NCBI RefSeq assembly: GCF_020745735.1
Contig: NW_026867492.1
Coordinates: 124,001-188,000 of the forward strand
Direction of reading: 5' to 3'
DNA from: Hemiscyllium ocellatum
Lineage: Eukaryota
Length of the DNA: 64,000 nucleotides
The notes under the pieces were generated by a model that saw only the letters and a list, made by a program, of their open reading frames with translations, searched no databases and was not told where the DNA came from. The position numbers were made by a program, and so were the translations under genes. This document shows positions 11,521 to 22,900 of this stretch, piece after piece (within the stretch, counting starts at the first letter, position 1; each line of letters starts with the position of its first letter).

Positions 11521-14049
11521 ATAATCCTTCTGTTCCAAGGTAGCAGCAAAGAGTTCCAGACATATCGATTTGTATTCAGGGATATCCAAGGATCTCAAGA
11601 ACTGCCAGTATCGCAGGAAGAATCGTTATTCCGGGAGGAGGCAGAGAGGAGCGTGGTGTGCACCTGTAAACTCCAGAACTTCCCCCAACTTCATGAGTCA
11701 ACAATAACTTTTTCTGACCAAGAAACGAAAGGGCCGGCGAGAACTGTGACACTACAGGAACTGAAATTAGGCCATTCAGCCCATTGAGTCTGCTCCACCA
11801 TTCACTCATTCTGGAGTATCAAGGGGTTCAAAGGTTACAGGGAGAATGGGGTTAAGAAACATATCAGCCATGATTGAATGGCAGAGCAGATTCAATACGA
11901 TAAATGGACTAATTTCTGCTAGTTAACCATCCCTGGGAAGAAGGAGGCAACACAATAAGTTGTTTCTTGGGACCAGCAAGATAATGTTTAATAATGGTGT
12001 GACAAAAGGACAATTAATTCTGCCTGTGGAAGGAAAGCCCTGACATCGAGGGGTTAATTGCAGAGCAGGCTGTTTCAAACAGACAGCTAACCCTCAAGGA
12101 TAAGAAGGGAAGCTACAGAGCTGAGGTCTCCAGCAATGGGAGGTGATGTTAGAGTCTTAAAAAATAGTCACACCACAGATTTGAAAATGAGGAAATGCCA
12201 CCAAAATTCAACTCCAGAACGATGCTGCAGCAGTAGTACTTAGAAGAATAATACTGCATCAAACCCCTAGACACTTCCAGAGATGGGCACTGTCAGTGGA
12301 AACCCAGTTAAATTCAGCTATCAACTGGGTGATAGCCAAGTTTGGGGGGTAAAGCTGAATGAACTTGAGGGGTTTTATTTGTGGTTGCTAAGTGCAATAA
12401 AGTGCAAATCATTGTTTCAGCAGTTGGTTCTCTGTGCAGTTTGAGTCAGGAGCCAAATTAAGGTGATTCACCCACAACCACACCAAGAGGCTGGGATTAA
12501 TATTGACTCCATTGCATTCAAGAGAATGTCATCAATACTGTTAGAAAGCGAAGGCCCCCACTCTCCAAGATCTCAAACCAAAACGTCTAAAGAGTGGCAC
12601 GTTGCCCTTTAATCTGTAAAGTCAGTGTGATAAGTGGTGTAACCTGCTGTAGTGTTAAAAATAAATCTCCGACACTTTAAAATCAACAATCAGCAATTTA
12701 TTTAACCAACTCTCACAGTGAACAAATGAACAAAGCTACTAACAAACTGAATAAATCCATCTTAACTACTAAGTATTCTGGAATAAATCAAGATTCTCTG
12801 GTATACTGTTCCAATCAATACATGTCCCACTCAGATAACACAAAATAGAATTTAATCGCTTAGATTACAACCAGGTTGTGTGTCTTCCGGAATATTCTGT
12901 GCCATCTTCTGTCGGGGATGCCTCCTCCGATTCCTCTGTCAGGAATGCTCTTTCTGTTTTTCTAAATGATGCTTTCTCTAATACACAGATGACTGAGAGC
13001 ACGGATTCTTTATGATAGGATTGGTCCTGTTGTCAAAACTTTAGGATTTAAATTTAATAAGTTTTTGGTAGCCAATGGGGTTGATTTAAATTGATTGGTG
13101 AAATTGAAAACCTGTTTCTTGTCCTGCTAACTGTACAACCTTTTGATTCAAATGTTTCAGTTCAGCTGCTTTTTGTTGTGATCATGCTGCTCCTTTAAGA
13201 AGATTATGTTGTTGGTTTATTTTCAGAAGGGGTTGTAAATGGCACAGCTTCCCATTCGTCTAGGATTAAGGTTTTCACTAATGGTTAACAGATACTGGCT
13301 AAGGCAACAATCAGGGAAAAGGGTTTCCTTTTTTTTCTAAAATACTTCTACAATGAAAGGGCAGTTGTCCCATTCTTTTCCATTGGTTTTGGTTTTAGCA
13401 AGCGGTCTGTCTGAAGCTGCTGCAGGAAGAGATGTTTCCTGATTCAACAGATGTTTCTGGCTGACTCTGAAGCTTCCGGGAAAATAGTACCAGCGTATTC
13501 AGCCTCTCCCTGTAGCTAAAACCTTGCAGCCCTGGCAACGTCCTTCCAAACCTTTTCTGAACCATTTCAAGTTTCACAATGTCTTAAAAAGACGTCAACT
13601 TTGCTCGACTAATGTGGGAGAATTTTCTGCATGACGCGTTGTGTCTGAAAGAGCCCTCCTGTGTGCTGTGACAGAGCTACAGTGACTTTCAAAAGCCTGA
13701 CAAATGCTGTTATCAGTCAAAGATTCATTGGGAGAAGCTTCTCAATCACATCTGTAAATGGAGAGAGTGTTTTTAATAATGAGACATGAATAAAGGCTGC
13801 ATTAATCTTTTGTTCTGAAGATTTACTCATACATCTCAAAACAGAGCAGTCTACAGGAATAAAAGACACCGCTGCTTATTTCCTGACCAGGACCAACTTT
13901 GCACAGAAAACATGGACATTTTAAATGAATGGGGTGCCATTCGTTTTAAGATGACGTGAACTTAAGAGGCACTGCATTGGCTTAGAAATGAGAGATCCTT
14001 GACACACACAGAGCCAAAATCATCACTGACATTATTATCAAATTAGAAT

Positions 14050-14462
14050 TTAGGCTGGATAGGCTGGGATGTTTTTCTAGTGGAGCAGAGGAAGTTGAGA
14101 GGCAATATTTTCCAAACCATGAGGGGTACAGTTGGGTTAATGATAGCTGTCTCTTCCCTAGGGGGAGGATTTCTAGACCAAGGGCGCGTTTTTATGGTGA
14201 GAGGAGAAAGATGGAAGAAAAGATGTGGGGCAAAATATTTACAGAATCTAGTTCGCCTGGGGAAACAGCTGCCAGTGGAAGTGGTTGAAGCAGGTACATT
14301 AACAACATTGAAAAGGTGTTTTCAACAAATACATGGATAGGAAAGCTTGAGAAGGATATGGGCCAAGTGCAGGGAAATGAGGTCAGTGTTGACAAACATT
14401 TTGGTCAGCATGGACCGGTTTGGGCTGAAGGGCCAGTCTCTGTGCTATAGTACTCTATGACT
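14050..14462 (+). mobile_element. CR1 LINE 3' end
   Basis: RLDRLGCFSSG/EQRKLRG...VVEAGTL remnants, ending GGGCCAGTCTCTGTGCTATAGTACTCTATGACT. Confidence 0.8.
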
Positions 14463-14509
14463 GGCGTCTCTTTGTCACTCTGACAGTGTTGAGTTTCCAC
14501 ATGAACCAG

Positions 14510-14849
14510 GAAAAAGTGAGGACTGCAAATGTTGGAGATCAGAGTTGAGAGTATGGTGCTGGAAAAGCACAGCAGGTCAGGCAGCACCCGAGGAGCAGGA
14601 GAATCGATGTTTCAGGCATAAGGACATCCAGATGAATATCTCACTAAATCAGGCTGAATAAAATCTGATCTCATTTGTCAACTCTGATGCAGAGGTGCAG
14701 GGGGTGGACAGGTCAGAAGTCACACAACACCAGGTGAGAATCCCAATAGATTGATTTGAATTCAGGAGCTTTCGGAGCACTGTTCCACCATCAGGTGAAA
14801 GAACTGATGAAGGAGCAGCACTGATGAAGGAGCAATGCTCCTAAAGCTT
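14510..14849. mobile_element. Cluster of Penelope-derived terminal-repeat fragments with degenerate hammerhead cores
   Basis: AAAGTGAGGACTGC...GCAGGTCAGGCAGCA repeat at 14513-14622. Minus-strand CTGATGG...GCTCCGAAAGCTC at about 14765-14796. Tandem CTGATGAAGGAGC at 14804 and 14821. Confidence 0.65.
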
Positions 14850-14862
14850 NNNNNNNNNNNNN
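14850..14862. other. Assembly gap (13 N)
   Basis: Run of 13 n. Confidence 0.99.
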
Positions 14863-15765
14863 AAAAAGTGCACAAACTGCAGGCAGTCAATCCATGTAAT
14901 ATTTTATAAATTCCTACTTTGGAATGAGAACCAGTCTGATTCAAGATTGGGAGACTGACAGACTCGAACCTCACACCTTTAATGCATTGTCCAGGCTGAG
15001 ATGTCACTTTTTAAAAAAAACCTTAAGTCATCTCGAGAACGTGACTTAATAGTAGTTCTGGGATTTACAGATTAATGAACTGAAATTTGCAACTCTTTCT
15101 AAAAGGTGAAAGACTTAACAGCAACTTGGTTTAGACCATAAGACATAGGAGTGGAAGTAAGGCCATTCGGCCCATCGAGTCCACTCCGCCATTCAATCAT
15201 GGCTGATGAGCATTTCAACTCCACTCACCAGCATTCTCCCCGTAGCCCTTAATTCCTTGTGACATCAAGAATTTATCAATCTCTGCCTTGAAGACATTTA
15301 GCATCCCGGCCTCCACTGCACTCTGCGGCAATGAATTCCACAGGCCCACCACTCTCTGGCTGAAGAAATGTCTCCGCATTTCTGTTCTGAATTGACCCCC
15401 TCTAATTGTAAGGCTGTTTCCACGGGTCCTAGTCTCCTCGCCTAACGGAAACAATTTCCTTGCGTCCACCCTTTCCAAGCCATGTATTACCTTGTAAGTT
15501 TCTATTAAATCTCCCCTTAATCTTCTAAACTCCAATGAATACAATCCCAGGATCCTCAGCCGGTTTGTTCAATATATCCTATCAGTTGCATGACACTGTG
15601 ATCTTTTGCTATAAAATCTGTGTCTCATGCTCCTGCTCCACAGTTACCCGATGAAGGAGCAGTGCTCCGAAAGCTAGTGCTTCCAAATAAACCTGTTGGA
15701 CTACAACCTGGTATTGTGCAATTTTTAACTTTATCCAGCCCAGTCCAACATTGGCTCCTCCACAC
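14863..15765 (+). mobile_element. Penelope-type 3' repeat with hammerhead-like motif, interrupted by a CR1
   Basis: Homologous (reverse) to 28000-28330 and 19600-19770. Ends with CCGATGA-A-GGAGC-AGT-GCTCC-GAAA-GCTA and AATAAACCTGTTGGACT. Confidence 0.65.
15133..15561 (-). mobile_element. Young 5'-truncated CR1 insertion with 5-bp TSD
   Basis: Clean ORF 15215-15544 ([17 protein letters not shown]...FFSQRVVGLWNSLP). GGTTT is duplicated at 15128-15132 and 15562-15566. Confidence 0.9.
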
Positions 15766-16249
15766 AATATTTCGCGAACACTGTCCACACCTCCTGATGC
15801 TGCCAGGAAACTTTACAAGGCCGATGAAATGACACACTCTGCACTCCTGCAAAATTGACAATTTCTTACGATATTGGCTGCTCATTCATGACTCCATCTG
15901 ATACGCGACATTGGAAGCTTAGTGCAGGAGGCTGAAAGAAATGAGCAGCTTTAAAACAAAAACCTCCTTGGGCGCTCAAAGCTTTCAATGAGAGTCTGAG
16001 CCCGGCAGTAAATTCAAGTAACCTTTATTGTGACCCAACTTTGTTACAGCTTCAGATCCCCTCAGCAAAAAGGCAGAGAAAAAGTAGCTTTTTGAACAGC
16101 TCAAGGTCCAAGCGCACACATTTCCCCCCCCCCCGTCTTTACTATTGGTCAGCACCGCGATGTCCCTTTGTAACTGGATCCTTGGTACAGCCGTAACCCG
16201 GAAGAAGTGTTGCCTCACTCGGCAATTTCAACCCATACCCTGTATAGCG

Positions 16250-16334
16250 CCATCTGCTGCAACGGGATTCAAACCCGGGAGCCCCTGGAACTGGGTTGAT
16301 AGTCCAATTGATAATGGCACTCAGCCGTCGCTCC
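16250..16334 (-). mobile_element. tRNA-derived SINE head directly after the ZNF-C stop codon
   Basis: Minus-strand B box GGTTTGAATCC (16265-16275). Homologous to 24822-24908. Confidence 0.6.
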
Positions 16335-16335
16335 T

Positions 16336-17388
16336 TCAATTCCCCTGCGATGGTAAGTGAACTCGCTGGTGCCTCCGGAGGTGGGAGGAGCGGGAGAAGT
16401 CCTTCCCACACTCGGGGCAGCTGAACGGCCTCTCCCCCGTGTGGACCCGCCAATGGGTCAGCAGGGCGGAGGAATTGCTGAAGGCCTTACTGCAATCGGG
16501 GCAGCGGAAGGGCCTCTCCCCAGTGTGGATCCGCTGGTGCTTCAGCAGGTTGGAGGAATTGCTGAAGGCCTCCCTGCACCCGGGGCAGCTGAAAGGCCTC
16601 TCCCCGGTGTGAATTCGCTAGTGCCTCAGCAGGTTGGGGGAATTGCTGAAGTCCTTCCCACATTCGGGACAGCTGAAGGGTCTCTCCCCAGTGTGGATCC
16701 GCTGGTGGGTCAGCAGAGAAGAGGAATTGTTGAAGGCCTTCCCGCACTCGGGGCAGTTGAAGGGCCTCTCCCCCGTGTGGATTCGCTGGTGGGTCAGTAG
16801 GGAAGAGGAATTGCTGAAAGCATTCCCACACTCTGGGCAGCTGAAGGGCCTCTCCCCAGTGTGGACCTGCTGGTGCCTCAGCAAATTGGGGGAATTGCTG
16901 AAGGCCTTCCCACACTCGAGGCAGCTGAAGGGCCTCTCCCCGGTGTGGACCCGCCGGTGGGTCAGCAGGTTGGAGGCCTGGGTAAATCTCTTCCCACACT
17001 TGGGGCAGGAGAACGGCCTCTCCCCTGTGTGGGCTCGCTGGTGCCTCAGGAGGTGGGAGGCCTGGGTAAATCTCTTCCCGCAGTTCGGGCAGCTGAAGGG
17101 CCTCTCCCCCGAGTGGGACCGCTGGTGCCTCAGCAGGTCAGAGCAATTGGTGAAGGCCTTCCCGCACTCGGGGCAGGGGAATGGCCTCTCCCCGGTGTGA
17201 GCCCGCTGGTGCCTCAGCAGGGCGGAGGTCTGGGCAAAGCCCTTCCCGCACTCGGGGCAGGAGAACGGCCTGTCCCCTGTGTGGACGCGCCGATGAATCT
17301 GCAGGGCTGACGGCAAATGGAAGCCATTCCCGCCATCACTGCACTTCCACTGTTTCTCCACGGGGCGGGATTCCTCGGGTTTCTCCAT
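16336..17388 (-). pseudogene. C2H2 zinc-finger gene ZNF-C, 12 fingers, with in-frame TAG in finger 9 (truncated protein or pseudogene)
   Basis: Starts MEKPEESRPVEKQWKC (GCCATGG). The TAG at 16618-16620 (LRH*RIH) replaces a CAG. The frame continues through 3 more fingers to HLPSQGN-TGA (16336-16338). Finger 1 has C>G. Confidence 0.85.
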
Positions 17389-18244
17389 GGCCGAAGCTTC
17401 AGCTGCACACAAATACTTTTTGAGCCCCTCCCTGTCGTCAATTCCTGCTGCTACATGCCCCACACTCAATGCGCTGCAATGGTAGGGTCTCTCATCCAGT
17501 CCCACTTATGCTGAAAACGTACTCAAACAGGAACCAAAACGCTTTGCTCCTTCTCACAGACTCATAGTTGAAAATTGTTTCCGGTCCCGATGGATTGAAT
17601 GACTGTCAGACATTGATGTCAAAGTGAGGACTGCAGATGCTGGAGAGTCAGTGTCGAAATGTGTGGTACTGGAAAAGTGCAGCGGGTCAGGCAGCATCCA
17701 AAGAGCAGGAGAGTCAACATTTGAGATTACAAAAGTCATCACTGTCAGTGCAGGGTAGAAATTCTGAACAAGGAATTCTACTTTCTGCGGAATATTCTTT
17801 TCTTTTGTTTCTCCACAAAATTGAAAGCACCATCCCACTCTCTCTCCCTCTGTTCTCACTCCAATCTAACTAATTCCCCTGAAGGTGCTGATTCAGGATC
17901 TTACAGGGGCAGATGAGCAAAAACATCAGACTGACATCTCTCTGAATTTTGGATAATTCCACCTGAAAGTTAATATCTTTCACAACACTGGGATACTGCT
18001 GACAGTGAGCAGGTCTGCTGTTGGGAAGCAACAGAAAAAGTGTGTCAATTCAGGGTGAACCTGCAATGCAGCTTCTTGAGGAAGGACCAGACACAAAATA
18101 GTTAACGACCCCAGGAAGGTGGGAGCAAAATGAGACATCAACACCAACACACTTCAGTCAAACTCTTCTGCTTCCAGTCAGGGCAAAATATCCTCTGAAA
18201 TTCCAGTCATCACAGCCACACTTCTGCTTTCACTGAAGACAATT

Positions 18245-18775
18245 AGAGTCACACAGCAAGGAAACAGACCCTTGGGCCCAACCTGTCCGAGCTGACCAGA
18301 TTTCCTAAATTAATCTCGTCACATTTGCTATCACTTAGCCCCTATATGGGCTGGGTGCTGGGACTAAATTGGATTGGCTATCTTGTCAGCAAGGACGAGT
18401 TGGATCGAAGGGTCTGTTTCCATGCTGTACATCTCTATGATGCCAGTCGCATTTGCCACCACTTGGCCCCTCTCCATCTGAACCCTTTGTATTCATCCAC
18501 CCTTCCAGATGCCTTTTAACTGTAGGAATTGTACCAGCCCCCACCACTTCCTGTGGCAGCTCATTCCATGTACGCATCACCCTCTTAATGAAAAACCTGC
18601 CCCTGAGGTCTCTTTTACATCTCCCACTGCCCTCACCCTGAACCTATGACCCTCCAGTTCGGGACTCCCCCATCCCAAGGGAAAGACCTTGTCTATTTAC
18701 CCTTTTATAGATTTTATAAAAGTCTATAATGTCACCTCTCAGGCTCTGGTGCTATGGGGAAAACAGCCCCAACCC
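18245..18775 (-). mobile_element. CR1 3' fragments in the ZNF-C intron
   Basis: ORF 18386-18580 RTWNELPQEVVGAGTIPTVKRHL. Orthologous fragments are present at 26600-27380. Confidence 0.75.
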
Positions 18776-18795
18776 ATCCTTCCGTCCTTTCTCAC

Positions 18796-19590
18796 CCGGG
18801 TAATTAAGACACATACCTGAGTTTGCCGAGCCTGCTCCCTCCCTGGATTCACTCCAATTGCCACAAGTGAATAGATTTCCCCTCTCCCCCCGTCTCTCCC
18901 TCCCAGGACGAAAAGTTGCCCAAAGAGTGGGAGTTTCACTCAAACTGACAGGGCCACTTCCGCGTTGTGACGCCATCAATGGGTCAGGGGTGGGGGAGGG
19001 AGAAGGGACGAAACAAAAGGGGCGGGGCGAAGTGCACCGTTTGCAGGAATCCCTTCAATTCACAGAATCCCCACAGCATGGAAGCAGGCCACTCAGCCCA
19101 ACGAATCCAAACCAACCCTCGAAGGGTAACCCACCCACACCCATTCCCCTACACCTGGTGCTCTACTCACTGACTTTCACACCTAACCTGCACATCCCTG
19201 GCCGGCGCCAATGCGACTCGAAAACCCCACCCCTTCCGAATGCAGCACGTAAACCCCGCCATTTGGAACGCTGCCTGTAAACCCCGCCCCTTCGAGACAA
19301 AGCCCCGCCTCTTAGTTCCAAACTTTATCCCTATCGCGCACCAAACCCCGCCTCTTCGCAGCGTTCCCCGCGCGTTGTCAATACCACGCCTCCTGCACCA
19401 ACGCGCAACCTCCGACAAAGCCGAGCGCCTCCAGGCTCGACGTCTCGCCCCGCCTACTAGCGCGCGACCCTCTCACGAGACACGCCCCGCCCATGAGCAC
19501 TGCCCTCCCGCTCTAACCCGTCGCCAGGCTAAACCCGCCCCTCCTGGTAAACCCCGCCCACCCGGATGTTTTTGGAAGCACTAGCTTCTG
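18796..19590 (-). promoter_or_regulatory. First exon and CpG promoter of ZNF-C
   Basis: Minus-strand donor CCGG|GTGAG (intron starts 18795), ETS-like GCGGAAGTG (about 18955-18963), and about 8 GC boxes (CCCCGCC) in 19250-19560. Homologous to 27630-27910. Confidence 0.6.
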
Positions 19591-19779
19591 CAGCGCTGCT
19601 CCTTCTGCGGGGAGCTGTGCTGCAGGATCATAAGATACAGAATTAATAGCAAAAGATCACAATGTCATGCAACCGATGCAATATTTCGAACAAACCTGGA
19701 CCGCTGCTGAGTCCTTCATCCTTTAGAATGGGTTGCAGGTTTCAGTTCATCAATATATAAATTCCAGAACTTTAGAGCA

Positions 19780-19992
19780 GATTCCCCACAGTGTGGAAAC
19801 AAGCCCTTCGGCTCAACAGGTCCACACCGACCCGCCGAAGAGCAAAACACCTAGCCCCATTCCCCGTCACCTAACATTACGGGGCAATTTAGCGTGGCCA
19901 ATTCACCCTAACCCGCACAGATGGGGGGGGTGTGGGGGTGTGGGAATTGAACCCGGGTCTCTGGCGCTGTGAGGCAGCAGTGCTAACCACAA
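19780..19992 (-). mobile_element. HE1-like V-SINE, internally deleted
   Basis: Reverse reads GTGGTTAGCACTGCTGCCTCACAGCGCCAGAGACCCGGGTTCAATTCCC...GGGCTTGTTTCCACACTGT. Confidence 0.8.
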
Positions 19993-19994
19993 AA

Positions 19995-22900
19995 AAGGTG
20001 ACATTTTCTATTTTTCAGCGGCAGCAGCAACCCAGGAGCGGGGAGTCACTGATTTGAGGTTTTAAATTTGAACTCGGAGAGCAGAGGTTCCTGGGTGAGG
20101 AGGGACGACTTATTTTTATTTCCTTCCTGGGTATAAGTCAGTGGGTACTGTTGAGGGGGGAAAACGACCTACCAGGGGTATGCACTGGGGCCCAGGGCTC
20201 TGGCACAGAGCCTGACCCTGTTGCACCAGAAGGGAAGGAGGTAAAGCAGGAGAGTGTTAGCCATTTTGGGGACTCGATAGTTAGAGGGTCAGATAGGTTT
20301 GTTGGGAACGAACAAGACTCGCGGTTGGTGTGTTGTCTCCCAGGTGCCAGGGTGCGTGATGTCTCGGATCGTATCTTTGGGGTCCTGAAGGGAGAGGGTT
20401 TCCAGCCCCAAGTAATGGTCCACGTAGGTACCAATTATATGGGTAGAAATGTGAGAAACAGAACTCACTCACAAATCAATCAGCCTGAGACAAAGCCTTG
20501 GAAACAAGAACAATTTATTACAGTCTTGCAAGTACCGGATGCTTCTGCAATCAAGCAGAAATGTGCGCCAAAACAGAGTATGTTAGCTTTCTTATTCAGT
20601 TTACAAGTTGCGGAATCATGCCTCCATTTTCCCATCCTATCATAAGCTGATTACCTCACTTGTTAGTTATTTTCTTATCTGGCCATCCTGCTGTCCTTGT
20701 CTGCATTCTTTCTTCCTTGTTTGCTACAGCTTGTTCTTTTGTCCACTTTCTCTTATCATACTATAAAGCTTTATTGTGAAATGGTCCTGTTGCTTCTTTT
20801 TGTGGTCAACTACAACACTTTAAAGTTATTTCCTAGCTTAAAACTATTTTCTTTAAAAGACCCTCTATATTCATTAAAGTCTTAGCCTGAAGTAAGCTAC
20901 ATGCTAGAAGAATTCTGCGGCCATTTGTATAATGTTCCCCTTCTCTTCCCCCCCATTACACCCCCTCATCCATCTGCAAAAACACTTCTAATCTCCCACA
21001 GAAAGAGGGATAGGGATGTAAGGCATAATTTCAGGAAGCTAAGGTGGAGGCTGAGGGCTAGAACAAACAGAGTGGTTATCTCTGGTTTGTTACCCGTGCC
21101 ATGTGACAGCGAGGCAAGGAATAGGGAGAGATATCAGCTGAACCCGTGGCTGCAAAGATGGTGCAGAAGGAAGGGTTTCAGGTTTTTGGATAATTGGGGC
21201 TCACTCTGGGGAAGGTGGGACTTGTACAAACAGGACAGTCTTCACTTGAACCAGAGGGGTACTAATATCCTGGGTGGGAAATTTGCTGGTGCTATTCGGG
21301 TGGGTTTAAACTAGCTCAGCAGGGGGATGGGAATCGGAGGTGTAGCTGTAGTGCACAGGAGGATGAGAGTAGGGAGGACAGGGACAGGATTTCAGGGTCA
21401 CAGGAATGTGCTGGCAGACAGCGAAGTGGTTTGAAGTTTGTCTACTTCAACGCCAGAGTATCTGCAATAAGGTAGGTGAGCTTGCAGCACGACTAAGTAC
21501 CTGGGACTTGGATGTTGTGGCCATTTCGGAGACATGGATAGAGCAGGGTGAGGAATGGATGTTGCAGGTACCAGGGTTTTGATCTTTCATTAAGAACAGG
21601 CAAGGCGGTAAAAGAGGGAGAGGCATGGCCTTGTTAGTCAAGGATAGTATAACGGTGGCTGACAGAACTTTTGATGAGGACTCGTCTACTGAGGTAATGT
21701 GGGCTGAGGTTAGAAACAGGAGAGGAGAGGTCACACTGCTTGAAGTTTTTTTTTTAAATAGGCCTCCACAGAGTTCCATGGAGGTGGAAGAGAGGATTAG
21801 CAAAAGTATTCTGGGTAGGAGTGAAAGGAACAGGGTGGTCATTTTGGGGGACTTTAACTTCCCAAACATTGACTGGAAATGCTTTCACGCCAGTACGTCG
21901 TATGGATCAGTTTTTGTCCAGTGTGTGCAGGAGGGTTTTCTGACACAGTATGTCGAAGGGCCGACAAGAGGGGAGGTCACACTGGATCTGGTGCTTGGTA
22001 ATGAACCAGGCCAGGTGTTTGATTGAGTGGTAGATGAGCACTTTGGAGAGGGTGACCATAATTCAGTTAGGTTTCATTTAGCGATGTGAGGGATACGAAC
22101 ATGCCAAAGGTCAAGAGTTATCGATGGGGCAGGGGCAATTATAATGCAATTAGGCAAGACTTAGGATGCATAGAATAAGGTAGCAAAATGCAGGGGATGG
22201 GGACAATTGAAATGTGGAGCTGGTTTAAGGAACAAATATTGTGTATCCTTGATAGGTATGTCCCTGTCAGGCAGGGAGGAAGTGATAAGGTAAGAGAACC
22301 GTGGTTTACAACAGAAATTGCATCTCTTGTTACAAAGAAGAAGGAGGCTGATGTGTTGATGAGGCAAGATGGTTCAGATGAGGCAATGGAGAGTTCCAGA
22401 TCACTGAGGAAGGATTTAAAGAGAGAGTTAAGAGCAAAGAGAGGACATGAGCAGTCTTTAACACATAGAATAAAGGAGAACCCTAAAGCTTGCTCTAGGT
22501 ATCTGAGGAATAAAAGGATGATTAGGGTAGGAATAGATTCAATCAAAGACAGAAGTGGGAAATTGAGTGTGGGCCCTGTGGAGTTTGGAGAGGTGTTAAT
22601 GAATATCTTTCATCGGTCTTCACTCAGGAAAAGGAGAATATTGTAGAGGAAAAGAATGAGGTACGAGATATTAGACTCAAAAGGATCGAGGTTAGTTGTA
22701 CACAGGTAATATCAATTCTAGAAGGAGTGAAAGTAGACAAGTGCTCTGGGCCGGATGGGATTAATCTGAGGATTCTCTGGGAAGCGAGGGAGGAGATAGC
22801 AGAGCCTTTGGCTTTGATATTTGAGTTGTCATTGTGTACTGGTTTAGTACCAGAGAGGAGGATGGCAAATGTTGTGCCCTTGTTCAAGAAGGGCAGCAGA

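Noticed and set aside
11925-13400. Possible solo-LTR fragments (AATAAA at about 12396, TG/CA-type ends near 12627 and 13177)
   Set aside because: No TSDs or second copies could be established by eye.
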